DNA of 24,185 nt, from positions 1 through 24,185 of IMG/VR virus record IMGVR_UViG_3300005764_000012, one strand, 5' to 3'. Both the position numbers and the translations under genes were made by a program. The stretch comes from a virus. Taxonomy: Duplodnaviria; Caudoviricetes. Below are positions 1 through 9,306 of the stretch, piece after piece; positions within the stretch are counted from its first letter, which is position 1; each line of letters opens with the position of its first letter. The notes below the pieces were generated by a model that was given only the letters and a program-made list of their open reading frames with translations, made no database searches and was not told the DNA's origin.

Positions 1-50
1 CCAACGTCATCGCGCTCCAGCCGCAGCTCGTCCTCTACGCGGACGATGGC
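1..50 (+). repeat. Terminal direct repeat (circular assembly overlap), copy 1
   Basis: CCAACGTCATCGCGCTCCAGCC...GGACGATGGC is identical to 24136-24185, and the capsid reading frame continues across the join. Confidence 0.97.
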
Positions 51-296
51 GGCGTCACGATCGACGCCTCCCAGGAGGCCTCGCTCCAAATGGACAGCGC
101 GCCGATGTCGCCGGCCGACGCGACGACCGTGTACGTCTCGCTCTGGCAGACGAACACGATCGGGCTCCGGGCCGAGCGGTTCATCAACTGGCTCAAGGCG
201 AACGCCAACGCCTGCAAGTACCTGACGGCGACCGCCTGGCCGGCGCCGACCGCGGCCATGGCCGCGCAGGCCAACGGCGGCACCAAAAAGGCCTGA
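1..296 (+). CDS. C-terminal part of the protease-major capsid protein (continues from 22575 across the junction)
   Basis: The frame starting at base 3 reads NVIALQPQLVLYADDGGVTIDASQEASLQMD...SLWQTNTIGLRAERFINW, a typical HK97-family capsid C-terminus, in frame with 22575 on the circle. Confidence 0.92.
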   Translation, partial: NVIALQPQLVLYADDGGVTIDASQEASLQMDSAPMSPADATTVYVSLWQTNTIGLRAERFINWLKANANACKYLTATAWPAPTAAMAAQANGGTKKA

Positions 297-301
297 GCCC
301 G

Positions 302-1615
302 ATGGCGCTCCTGGCGTCCATTCGCGCGAGTCTGCGCGCGGTCTTCACCCCGCGCGCCGGCTCGGTTATGACCCCGACGATGGGCGGCTGGACGCCCATC
401 ATCGGGGAACCGTATACGGGCGCCTGGCAGACCAATCAGGCGCTCTCGCTCGAGAGCGCGCTCAGTAATCCGGTCGTCTTTCGGTGCGTGTCGCTCATCG
501 CGTCCGACATCGGCAAGCTCCCGTGTCGCCTGATGGCCGTCGACGACAACGGCATTTGGCACGAGACGACGAGCGCGGCGTTCTCGCCGGTCCTCCGATC
601 GCCGAATCGCTATCAGACGCCGGGGCAGTTCTTTGAAGTCTGGGTGATCTCGAAACTCCTCTGGGGCAACACGTACGTCTTGAAGGATCGCGATGATCGC
701 GGCGTGGTGACGGCGCTCTCGGTGCTCGACCCGGCGCGCGTCAAGCCGATGATTGCGCCCGATGGCAGTGTCTACTACGAACTGCAAACGAATGACCTGG
801 CCGGGCTCCCCGCGAGTGACGGGCCCGTGGTCGTGCCGGCCAAAGAGATCATCCACGATCGGTGGAACTGCGCCTTTCATCCGCTGGTCGGGCTCTCGCC
901 GCTCTATGCCTGCGGCGGCGCGGCCAGTCAGGGTCTGGCGATGCAAACGGCCAGTACCTCGTTTTTCTCGAGCGGCGGCCGGCCGAGCGGGATGCTCATC
1001 GCGCCGACCGAGATCGATCCGGAAACCGCCAAGCGGCTCTCGGAAACCTGGCATTCACTCGGCTCGGGCAAGACCGCCATTGTCGGCAACGGCATGAAGT
1101 ACGAGCCGGTCGGATCGAGCGCCGAAGAGTCGCAGTGGATCGAGCAAATGGGCTGGACGGCGAAAGTCATTGCGGGCGCGTTTGGCGTGCCGATCTCGAT
1201 GATCGATTCGAGTCAGCAGCCGCCCTATGCGAATGCCGAAGCGTCGACCCTGCAATACCACTCGCAGTGCTTGCAAACGCATTTGACCGGGATCGAGCGG
1301 GCGCTCGACTTCGGGCTCGAGCTCCCCTGGCCGTACGGGACCGAATTCGATCTCGATGATTTGATCTGGATGGACACGGCGACCCGAACCAAGGCCGCGC
1401 ACGATGCGATCGTCGCGGGCGCGATGTCGCCCAATGAAGCGCGCATGAAGTACTTCGGCCTCGGCCCGGTGCCGGGCGGCGACTCGCCGTTCCTCCAGCA
1501 GCAGTACTATTCCCTCGAGGCGCTCGCGATGCGCGATCTGAGTGCGCCGGCGCCGGTCGCACCGACCCAGACGAACATCGAGACGCCGGCGCCGGCCGAG
1601 CCGAGTCAGCCATGA
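302..1615 (+). CDS. Phage portal protein, HK97 family
   Basis: 437 aa with VFRCVSLIASDIGKLP, PNRYQT, LLWGNTY, EIIHDR, GLSPL, IAGAFGVP and MSPNEAR motifs. Confidence 0.95.
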   Translation: MALLASIRASLRAVFTPRAGSVMTPTMGGWTPIIGEPYTGAWQTNQALSLESALSNPVVFRCVSLIASDIGKLPCRLMAVDDNGIWHETTSAAFSPVLRSPNRYQTPGQFFEVWVISKLLWGNTYVLKDRDDRGVVTALSVLDPARVKPMIAPDGSVYYELQTNDLAGLPASDGPVVVPAKEIIHDRWNCAFHPLVGLSPLYACGGAASQGLAMQTASTSFFSSGGRPSGMLIAPTEIDPETAKRLSETWHSLGSGKTAIVGNGMKYEPVGSSAEESQWIEQMGWTAKVIAGAFGVPISMIDSSQQPPYANAEASTLQYHSQCLQTHLTGIERALDFGLELPWPYGTEFDLDDLIWMDTATRTKAAHDAIVAGAMSPNEARMKYFGLGPVPGGDSPFLQQQYYSLEALAMRDLSAPAPVAPTQTNIETPAPAEPSQP

Positions 1616-1956
1616 CGCTGACCTTTTCGCGCGTCACGCTCAGTGGGCCGCTCTGGACGACGGCCGAAGTGAAGGCGCTGCAACTGCGCATCACCGATAC
1701 GGATCACGATAGCGACATTGACGAGAAGCTCCAGACGGCGCAAGAGGCCGTCCTCGCGTACCTGGGCCCGGCGGCCGATGCGACCTGGACGAGTCAGACG
1801 GCGCCCCTCGCCGTCAAGCACGCGATCCTGCTTCTGACGGTGCATTACTACGAGCATCGCGGCGACGATCTCGGCCAGGCGCGGCCGGACGAAGCCGTGA
1901 TCTGGAAAGAACTCCGGAACCTGCTCACCTACTATCGCGATCCGGCGATGGCGTAA
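1612..1956 (+). CDS. Head-tail connector (HK97 gp6-like)
   Basis: EVKALQLRI..D.D..I and AVKHAILLLTVHYYEHR motifs; ATGA overlap with the portal stop. Confidence 0.88.
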   Translation: MTLTFSRVTLSGPLWTTAEVKALQLRITDTDHDSDIDEKLQTAQEAVLAYLGPAADATWTSQTAPLAVKHAILLLTVHYYEHRGDDLGQARPDEAVIWKELRNLLTYYRDPAMA

Positions 1957-1958
1957 TC

Positions 1959-2252
1959 ATGGGCATCGGGACCTATCGGCATGTCGTCTTGCTCACCGAT
2001 CCGGCCGTCCCGCTCGTGCCGGCCAGTTGGCATTGCGCCATCCAGTCGGCGGCGACGCAAGTCCTCGACGGGCTCGCGGCGTTTTTCTTCCGCGGTCGGT
2101 ACCATCCGGGGATCACGCTCGAGACGCAAATCAAGTTTGAGGGGCGCACGTTTCAAGTGCAGAGCATCACCGATCTCGACGAGCGGCACGTCGAATTGCA
2201 ACTCTTCTGTGTGGAGGTCGTGGCCCGTGGCCGAGAGCCGCTTACGCATTGA
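1959..2252 (+). CDS. Head closure / head-tail adaptor (SPP1 gp16-like)
   Basis: GTYRHVV start, RYHPGIT...I.FEGRTFQVQSITDLDERHVELQLFC motif, and synteny. Confidence 0.82.
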   Translation: MGIGTYRHVVLLTDPAVPLVPASWHCAIQSAATQVLDGLAAFFFRGRYHPGITLETQIKFEGRTFQVQSITDLDERHVELQLFCVEVVARGREPLTH

Positions 2253-2646
2253 TGGGCTCGCCGAGCTGCGCAAAGCGCTGCTCAATCTGCCCGCCGATCT
2301 CGTGCAGGAGGCCGGCGTCATCGTGCAGGCGCAGGCCGAGGCCGCGGCGCGCGAGATGGGCGCGGCCTATCCGGTCAAGAGCGGCGCGCTCCGGCGCGGG
2401 CTCTCGGTCGAGATCGGGACCGATGCGGTGAGCGCGGCGGCGCGCGTCCGCAATCGGGCGCGCCATGCGTCGATCTTCGAGTACGGCACGGCCGATCGCC
2501 ATTGGGCGAAGGGGAAAAGTACGGGGCGCATGCCCGCGGGTCGGGTGTTCATTCCGATCGCGATGCAACGGCGCCGGATCATGTTGGCCGCTCTGATCGA
2601 TCTGGTCGAGCGGTCGGGCCTGCACGTCACCGGCGCGGCCGGCTGA
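2227..2646 (+). CDS. HK97 gp10-like neck/tail component
   Basis: GTG start with GGAGG at 2213-2217 (the track ORF from 1981 is over-extended); IDGLAEL..AL..L, PVKSGALRRG, IFEYGT and MPAGRVF.P motifs. Confidence 0.8.
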   Translation: MAESRLRIDGLAELRKALLNLPADLVQEAGVIVQAQAEAAAREMGAAYPVKSGALRRGLSVEIGTDAVSAAARVRNRARHASIFEYGTADRHWAKGKSTGRMPAGRVFIPIAMQRRRIMLAALIDLVERSGLHVTGAAG

Positions 2647-2688
2647 CGTGTTCATGTTGACGACTACGGCTGAAGGAGACGACCCATC

Positions 2689-3312
2689 ATGGCTGCACCT
2701 GCGGCACCTGTGAACAATCCCGGCACGCACGGCAAGGAAGGCATCGTCGCGATGAAGCTGACCAGTGGCGGCAGCTATGCCGCCATCGGCAACATCTCCG
2801 ACTGGACGCTCAACATGGCGACCGACAAGGTCGAAACGACCTCGCTCGGCGACGCCAACAAGCGCTATGTCGTTGGCCTCAAGGATCTCTCCGGCAGCTT
2901 CACCGCCTTCTGGGATCGGCTGACCGACGTCATCTTCGATGGCGCCGATTCGCCGACCGGCTGCTACCTGGCGTTCTATCCGAGCGCGACTTCTGCGCAA
3001 GCGTGGGAGGGGCCCGCGTGGCTCGACGCCTCCATCAAAGGCGGCGTCACGAGCGCGGTCACGATCGATGCGACGTTTGTCGCCAATGGCGCCTGGACGC
3101 GGACGTCCATGGTGGCGGCGACCGGCGCGAGCGCGGTCACGAGTCCCGGCTCGTTCACGCCGCCCGGCGCGATGGCGCCGCCCAATCTGGCCGGGATGAC
3201 GGGCGTCACGGCCTCGCCGGCGACGGCCTGGACGACGGGCCAGTACGTGCTCCTCGGCGACGGCACGACCGCGCATTGGAACGGGACGACCTGGGTCGCC
3301 GGCGTCGCGTAA
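2689..3312 (+). CDS. Major tail tube protein with a C-terminal extension
   Basis: AAGGAG RBS; IGNISDWTLNMATDKVETTSLGD...GLKDLSGSF tube-like motif; position upstream of the chaperone and tape measure genes. Confidence 0.8.
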   Translation: MAAPAAPVNNPGTHGKEGIVAMKLTSGGSYAAIGNISDWTLNMATDKVETTSLGDANKRYVVGLKDLSGSFTAFWDRLTDVIFDGADSPTGCYLAFYPSATSAQAWEGPAWLDASIKGGVTSAVTIDATFVANGAWTRTSMVAATGASAVTSPGSFTPPGAMAPPNLAGMTGVTASPATAWTTGQYVLLGDGTTAHWNGTTWVAGVA

Positions 3313-3316
3313 CCCC

Positions 3317-3598
3317 GTGAGCGTCACGGGATCGCGCCATCGGATCGTCATCGAAGGCGTGGCGGCCGTCGTGCGGCTCGGCTATCAGAAAGCCGCCACC
3401 CTCGGCGCCTGGCGCGTCGAGGGCGACGGCTTCAGTGCGCGCGTCCTCGACTATGACGGCTTCCGCATCACACAAATGCCGCTCATGCTCGAGATCCAGA
3501 ACAAGGACGGCGCGCCGACGCGGCGGGCCCTGACCGACGTCCGGATCGTGCAGGGGCAGCTCTCGGCGCGCCTCATCTCCACCCGTCAGGAGCGGTAA
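3317..3598 (+). CDS. Hypothetical tail-region protein (93 aa)
   Basis: Fills the gap between tube and chaperone; GTG start; beta-strand-like sequence; no family recognised. Confidence 0.6.
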   Translation: MSVTGSRHRIVIEGVAAVVRLGYQKAATLGAWRVEGDGFSARVLDYDGFRITQMPLMLEIQNKDGAPTRRALTDVRIVQGQLSARLISTRQER

Positions 3599-4021
3599 AT
3601 GGGATCGCGGTATCGCAAACAGGAATCGGTGCGGCTCGAACTGACGGGCGGCGATTGGCTGCTCGTGCGCAAACACTTGACGGCCGGTGAAGAGCGCGAC
3701 GCGCAGGCGCGCGTCATCAAAGGCACGTTCCGGCCGGGCGAAGCGCCCGAGCTCGACCTCGAGCATCTGGGGATCGCGCAGGCCGTCAGCTACCTCCTCG
3801 ATTGGTCGATCACCGACGCCGACGATCATCCGATTGTCATTCGCGATCAACCCTACGGCTTTGTCGCATCGGCATTGCGCAATCAGACGCCCGAGAGCCT
3901 GCGCGAGATCCTCGAGGCCGTCCAGGCGCACGACGGGGCGATGCTGGCCGAGCGGGACCAGGAAAAAAAAGACCGGGCTGGAAAGAGCGGACGCGCTCCG
4001 ACCTCTACCTCTGTCGGCTGA
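3599..4021 (+). CDS. Tail assembly chaperone (gpG-like)
   Basis: AGGAG RBS; L.DWS.TD motif; lies just before the tape measure gene and contains an A8 slippery site. Confidence 0.8.
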   Translation: MGSRYRKQESVRLELTGGDWLLVRKHLTAGEERDAQARVIKGTFRPGEAPELDLEHLGIAQAVSYLLDWSITDADDHPIVIRDQPYGFVASALRNQTPESLREILEAVQAHDGAMLAERDQEKKDRAGKSGRAPTSTSVG

Positions 4022-4119
4022 TGGGCTGGACCTATGACGAGCTCCTGGATCTGCCGGTCGACGTCTATATGGAACTGGTCGCGTCGCTGAACGAGGACGC
4101 GGCGCGCACGCGGAAATAG
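3964..4119 (+). CDS. -1 frameshift extension of the tail chaperone (gpT-like)
   Basis: A AAA AAA at 3964-3970; the -1 frame reads ...RSDLYLCRLMGWTYDELLDLPVDVYMELV... and stops at 4119, 6 nt before the tape measure start. Confidence 0.78.
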   Translation, partial: KKRPGWKERTRSDLYLCRLMGWTYDELLDLPVDVYMELVASLNEDAARTRK

Positions 4120-4125
4120 ACCGCC

Positions 4126-7100
4126 ATGGCACTGTCGGCCACGTTTACGGCGAACTTCGCGAGCTTCTACGACGCGGTCGACAAGGCCGACGCCAAGCTC
4201 AAAGACTTTGGCGCGGGCGCCGACAAGGTCGGCGGCCGGCTGACGGCGATGGCCAATCAGTTCTCGGGCGTGAAGGTCATCCAGGAAGCGACCTTGATGG
4301 CCAAGGCCGTCGAGGAGATCGGCGGCACGAGCAAACTCACCGAAAAAGAACTGGCGCGCCTCGGCGCGACGGCCAATGAAGCGGTCGCGAAGATGACCGC
4401 GCTCGGGATGGACGTCCCGCAAAACCTCCAGCACATTGCTGACGAGACCAAGGACGCCAATAAAGCCACGACCGATTGGCTCGGGACGATCTCGAAGATG
4501 GCGGGCGCGATCGGCGTCGCGTTCTCGGTCGGCGCGATTACGAATTTCATCGGCAGTGTCTTTCAAGCGGCGAGCGCCATCCAGGATTTGTCGGATCAGT
4601 GGGGCGTCTCGACGCGGGCCGTGCAGCAGTGGAGTAATGCGGCCGAGCAGAGTGGCGTCACGGCCGAGTCGCTCGGCCGGTCGATCCAATTCTTCAGCGA
4701 GAACCTGTCCGAAGGCTCCGCCGAGTATCAGGCGCTCCTCGCCAATATCGGCCTCTCCTACGACAAGCTCCGCAAGATGCCGCTCGAGGACGCCTACAAA
4801 GCCGTCATCACGGCGCTCGGCACCATCAAGGACGGGACGCTCCAGCTCGACGTCGCGCAGGGCATTCTCGGCAAGAGCGCGAAAGAGATGGCCGGCGCGA
4901 TCCGGAACGGCTTCCTCGAGGCGGCCGACGCCCAGGACTACATGGCCGAGGAGACCATCAAGCGGCTGAAAGCCGCGCAGGCCGCCTGGAAGGATTTGAA
5001 GGACGCGGTCGTGATCCACACCGGCGAGATGCTCGCGACCGTGCAATCGGGCATCTCGAAGATGACCAGTTCCTGGGGCACGTTTTTCAAGACGATCGGC
5101 CAGGCCTTCGTTGATGGGCCGCAGGCCGCGAGCGTGTATGTGGAGGGCCTCGACAACGTTCGGACCAGCCTCAAGAATACGGCGAAGGACATCAATCTCG
5201 CCGACGAGGCGAACAAGACGATGACGGGCGGGATCAAGACGACGGCCCAGGCCCTCCAAGATCTGCACGACAAACAAGAGGCGCAGAAAAAAGCCGAAGC
5301 CGATCGCAAGGCCGCGCTCGAGGCCGCCAAAAAAGCCGAGGAGGAGTACGCCGCAGCCGCGCAGAAGCACGTCGACGTCGTGAACGATCTCCTCAATCAG
5401 CTCACGGGCCAGGATCTCATCGGCAAGGCCAATGACTATTTCGGGGCGTTACTGCGCGCCGGCCCGATTGAAGACCTGACGGCCAAGCAGCAAGAGGCGA
5501 TCAATACGGCGATGGCCGACGCGATCGAAGTGTATGCGGCGGCCGGCAAAGAAGCGCCGCAGTACATGTACGACATCTGGGCGGCGACCGTGAAAGCCGA
5601 AGAGGCGACGCAGGAGTTTACGGGCAGTCTGGGCGAACTCTTGAGCACGCTCACGAGTGCGCCGCCGACGTCGATCATTCAGAATGCCATTAACACGGGG
5701 ATGGCCGTCGCGCTCAAGCCCCCGCCGATTCCGCCGGGGATGTTCGACGGGCTCGCCAAGTCGCTCTCCGGATCCATCCTCCGCGCGATCGAAGGCGGCG
5801 GCAGTGTCCTGGCCGCGGCCGGCTCGACGATCGGCAATTACCTGCTCGATCCGAAGCAGAGCGGGCTCGGCAAATCGATCGCCGATGGGGCCGCGAAACT
5901 GCCGAGCCTCCTGGGCAGTGCGATCAGTGGCGCGCTGCCGGTCGTCGGCTCGCTCATCGGGCCGGCCGTCTCGTGGCTCGGCAGCAAGATCGCCGGGCTC
6001 TTCGGCAAGAAAGAGTACGAGAAGCTCCGCGATTCGTTCGTCCAGGCCGCCGGCGGGATCGCGCCGCTCACGCAAGCGGCGCAGGAGGCCGGGATCAGTC
6101 TCGACAACTTGCTCCGCGCCCGCAATACCGATCAGGTCAAGGCGGCGATCGGGACGATCCAGGAGGCGCTCGAGTCCGAGAAACTCCGGAAGGCCTTTGT
6201 CGAGACCGAGGGCGGCTTCGATGCACTCGTCGCCGCGGCCGAGACGGCGGGGATCTCCGTCGATGCGCTCTTTGCGGCGCGCACGAGTGACCAGGTCACC
6301 AAGGCCATTGCCGACATCGAAGATGCGCTCAAGTTTCAGGCCGACGCGTATCAGACCGCGATCGACACGGCGAAAAAGTACGGCTTCACGCTCGAAGAGC
6401 TCGGGCCCGCGATGCAGCGCCAGGAACTCGACAAGATGGCGCAGGAGCTCTATCAGGATTGGCAGGTCCTCAATAGCGCCGGCATCGACACGGTCGCCAT
6501 TACCGAGCATATGGCCGAGTCGGTCAATGCGTACGTGCATGATGCCAAGGCCATGGGCGCCGAAGTGCCCGAGGCGATGCGGCCGATGCTCCAGGCCATG
6601 GTCGACTCGGGGCAACTGCTCGACGAGAACGGGAACGCGATCACGAACCTCGAGGACTCCGGGATCAGTTTTGCGATGACGATGTCGGACGGCTTCAAGA
6701 AACTGATCGACCAGGTCGAGAAACTCACCGACGCGATCAGCCGCTCACTGGGTCTGGCGATCAAGGACATCCCGCAGCCGAAGATCGTCGGCAAGGTGTC
6801 GTGGGACGTCGACGAAGTCCCGAAAGCGTCCGCCAGTGGCGGCGCCAGGCCGATGGAGAGTTACCAGACGGGGACGGACGGCTTCAAGAACTTCGGCGCC
6901 GGGACGCCGGTCATGTTGCATGGCTGGGAGGCCGTCGTCCCGCGCGCCGAGTCGGGCGCCTTTGACACGGTCACGGGCGGCGTCGCGGCGCCCGCGGCCA
7001 GTGACGGGGCGACGATCGTCATCAATGCGCAGGGCGCGTTTTTCGATACGCCCGAGTCGCTCCAACGGCTCGCGACGAAAGTCAGTGACGCGCTCACGGC

Positions 7101-7140
7101 CAAGTACAGCGTGACGGGGCGGCTGCGGACGGCGGTCTAA
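4126..7140 (+). CDS. Tail tape measure protein
   Basis: 1004 aa, Ala-rich and helical, downstream of the chaperone; C-terminal VMLHGWEAVVP motif. Confidence 0.92.
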   Translation: MALSATFTANFASFYDAVDKADAKLKDFGAGADKVGGRLTAMANQFSGVKVIQEATLMAKAVEEIGGTSKLTEKELARLGATANEAVAKMTALGMDVPQNLQHIADETKDANKATTDWLGTISKMAGAIGVAFSVGAITNFIGSVFQAASAIQDLSDQWGVSTRAVQQWSNAAEQSGVTAESLGRSIQFFSENLSEGSAEYQALLANIGLSYDKLRKMPLEDAYKAVITALGTIKDGTLQLDVAQGILGKSAKEMAGAIRNGFLEAADAQDYMAEETIKRLKAAQAAWKDLKDAVVIHTGEMLATVQSGISKMTSSWGTFFKTIGQAFVDGPQAASVYVEGLDNVRTSLKNTAKDINLADEANKTMTGGIKTTAQALQDLHDKQEAQKKAEADRKAALEAAKKAEEEYAAAAQKHVDVVNDLLNQLTGQDLIGKANDYFGALLRAGPIEDLTAKQQEAINTAMADAIEVYAAAGKEAPQYMYDIWAATVKAEEATQEFTGSLGELLSTLTSAPPTSIIQNAINTGMAVALKPPPIPPGMFDGLAKSLSGSILRAIEGGGSVLAAAGSTIGNYLLDPKQSGLGKSIADGAAKLPSLLGSAISGALPVVGSLIGPAVSWLGSKIAGLFGKKEYEKLRDSFVQAAGGIAPLTQAAQEAGISLDNLLRARNTDQVKAAIGTIQEALESEKLRKAFVETEGGFDALVAAAETAGISVDALFAARTSDQVTKAIADIEDALKFQADAYQTAIDTAKKYGFTLEELGPAMQRQELDKMAQELYQDWQVLNSAGIDTVAITEHMAESVNAYVHDAKAMGAEVPEAMRPMLQAMVDSGQLLDENGNAITNLEDSGISFAMTMSDGFKKLIDQVEKLTDAISRSLGLAIKDIPQPKIVGKVSWDVDEVPKASASGGARPMESYQTGTDGFKNFGAGTPVMLHGWEAVVPRAESGAFDTVTGGVAAPAASDGATIVINAQGAFFDTPESLQRLATKVSDALTAKYSVTGRLRTAV

Positions 7141-7142
7141 CG

Positions 7143-8801
7143 ATGGCGCTCACCGGCAGCCAAAAGGCGTACGTGCAGGCCCGGTCGGCGATCGCGCGCT
7201 CGGGCGCGAGCCGCAGTAACTACGTTTTTCCGCTCTTCGGCTTCGTCATCGCGGGCGGGTACGATCTGACCAAGTCGATCCGGTACGGGACGCTCCGCGT
7301 CAATCAGCAGATCAACGATGAACCGGATACGGCCTCGTTTGAGATCCTGATGACGAGCTGGCAAGCGCAAACCTATACCGAGGTCGGCCAGGATGTCGTG
7401 GTCAGCCTCGGCGGGCCGACGAGTAATGTGCTCTTCGGCGGGCGGGTGCTGACGACCCAAACGACCTGGATGCCCGGGCGCACGCCCTCGGTGCGCGCGG
7501 TCATGTGTGCCGACTACCTCCAGGTCCTCGATAGCGAATTTCTCATCACGTACGGCTGGCCGGCGCAGTCGGCGACGGCGACGATCCTGGATCTGTTCAC
7601 GCGCTTTGCGGGGAAGGACTCGAGCGCGGTCGTGATCTCGATGGCCGGGGTCGCGACCAATCTCCCGAGTCATGCAGCGTTTGTCGTCGTCAATGAAAAG
7701 TTCTCGACCGTGCTCCGGCGGCTCGTCACGATGTTTAGTAGTGGCGGCGGCTTCTATATCGATCCGCTGAAGGTCCTGCACGTCTGGCAAGGCGCCTCCG
7801 AGCCGAACCTGGTCAATCCGCAGCCGCTCACGATCGATCTCCCCACGCTCAAAGGTTTTGCCGAAACGGTCGACGGGTCGCAGGTGCGCGATGTCGTCAT
7901 CGTGGAAGGCGCGCGGACGAGTGCGCCGGCCGGGATGCCGGCCGGCACGGGATCGCCGTCCTCGGTGCAGAGTATTCCGGTCGGGGATGCGAGTATCGGC
8001 TTGCCCGAGCCCCCGACCGAGCAGACGGCGCTCCGCATCGGCTCGCAGCGCGTCTGGATGGCCAATTTTATCGGGCCATGGCTGGCGCCGGCCGGGACGC
8101 CGACCGCGACCGACGTCACGGCCGACGTCCCGTACGATCCGGGCAACGCCAGCCCCTATGTGATCATTCCGGTCGTCTCGACGCAGCTCCTCGACGGGCG
8201 GGCGAACGGCGCCGCCTGGATCAAGATCGATAACCAATATCTGCGCGTCGATGATCGGCCGACGTCGACGACCATCTATGTGCCGCGCACGGGTTTTGGA
8301 TCGCCGACCGGGCCGATCAAGGCCGGGGCGGCCTGTAGCACGGTCGATTCCATCTACAACATTCTGCGCACGCCGTACTACGGCACGGGGCCGCTCGGTG
8401 GGGCCGTCGACGAGACGATCCGGGCGCAGCCGATTGACGCCGACGTGGTCCTGACCATCCGATCGCCGAACACGACCGGCATCCATGAACATCTGGTTCA
8501 GGATGGCCGCTATACGCGCCAGGGCGCGACGAATCGCGCCACCCAGGAACTCGCGGACTTCTCCGCGAATCTCACATCGATTGACTTCGAGACGGAGGAT
8601 CTCAATGCCAAGCCCGGGCGGCTCATCGCCTACAGTTTCGATCCGAGCCACCCGTTTCTCGCCGAGACGTCGGGCCAGTTCATGATCGTGACGACTGAGA
8701 TCACCTGGCCGGTCTGGGGCCAACCGCCGCGGATGCGCTGTCACGCGGCGGCCGTGAGCCCGGCCGACATCACCGACGTCTGGCTCACCGATCCGAGGTA
8801 A
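7143..8801 (+). CDS. Tail tip / baseplate hub-like protein
   Basis: 552 aa directly after the tape measure; DTASF, LFGGRV, CADY and FYIDP..VLH motifs typical of siphovirus hub proteins. Confidence 0.65.
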   Translation: MALTGSQKAYVQARSAIARSGASRSNYVFPLFGFVIAGGYDLTKSIRYGTLRVNQQINDEPDTASFEILMTSWQAQTYTEVGQDVVVSLGGPTSNVLFGGRVLTTQTTWMPGRTPSVRAVMCADYLQVLDSEFLITYGWPAQSATATILDLFTRFAGKDSSAVVISMAGVATNLPSHAAFVVVNEKFSTVLRRLVTMFSSGGGFYIDPLKVLHVWQGASEPNLVNPQPLTIDLPTLKGFAETVDGSQVRDVVIVEGARTSAPAGMPAGTGSPSSVQSIPVGDASIGLPEPPTEQTALRIGSQRVWMANFIGPWLAPAGTPTATDVTADVPYDPGNASPYVIIPVVSTQLLDGRANGAAWIKIDNQYLRVDDRPTSTTIYVPRTGFGSPTGPIKAGAACSTVDSIYNILRTPYYGTGPLGGAVDETIRAQPIDADVVLTIRSPNTTGIHEHLVQDGRYTRQGATNRATQELADFSANLTSIDFETEDLNAKPGRLIAYSFDPSHPFLAETSGQFMIVTTEITWPVWGQPPRMRCHAAAVSPADITDVWLTDPR

Positions 8802-8807
8802 CGCGCC

Positions 8808-9302
8808 ATGCCGATCACCCGGACCACGATGATCGACGATGACGGATCCGGGACCACCGGGACGATCATTAACAATGCCTGGAAGCAGCAGTTTTACGAT
8901 CAGATCGATGCCTTCGCCGATGGCGTGTGGATCGATATTCCGTTCAACGCGGCCAACTACACGGTCGCTGTGGGGAGCGGGACCTGGACGGTCGCATCGG
9001 GGAATCAACTTACCCTGGCCCGCGTGACCCTGAACCAGAAAACCCTGCTCGTTACGTTTCATGTAAACGGCACGGCGACGACCGGATCGGTGCAGGTCCT
9101 GGGCGTGACCATTCCCGGCATCACGAACACCCGGCGCCTCAATGGCACGTTTAACTGGTACGGCAGCTCGGGGTCGGGCGTGGGGATGCTGGACATAACG
9201 GGCGGCTCAAATGTCATCCGCCTCCAGCGCGACTACGGCGGGACGCCCTGGACGGCGACGACCGGTTTCTTTCTCGCGGGGCAGATCGTGCTCTCGGTCT
9301 AA
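8808..9302 (+). CDS. Putative short receptor-binding / minor tail protein
   Basis: 164 aa; N-terminal DDDGSGTTGTIINNAW anchor-like segment and a G/T-rich beta-sandwich-like C-terminus. Confidence 0.55.
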   Translation: MPITRTTMIDDDGSGTTGTIINNAWKQQFYDQIDAFADGVWIDIPFNAANYTVAVGSGTWTVASGNQLTLARVTLNQKTLLVTFHVNGTATTGSVQVLGVTIPGITNTRRLNGTFNWYGSSGSGVGMLDITGGSNVIRLQRDYGGTPWTATTGFFLAGQIVLSV

Positions 9303-9306
9303 CGCC

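Noticed and set aside
1-50. Terminal repeat as a biological DTR or att site
   Set aside because: It lies mid-capsid gene and preserves the frame, as expected for an assembler overlap.
35-9062. Long minus-strand ORFs (e.g. 35-1054, 3883-5370, 5449-6615, 7137-9062; likewise 20625-22337)
   Set aside because: Antisense shadows of high-GC genes; Arg/Gly-rich with no motifs.
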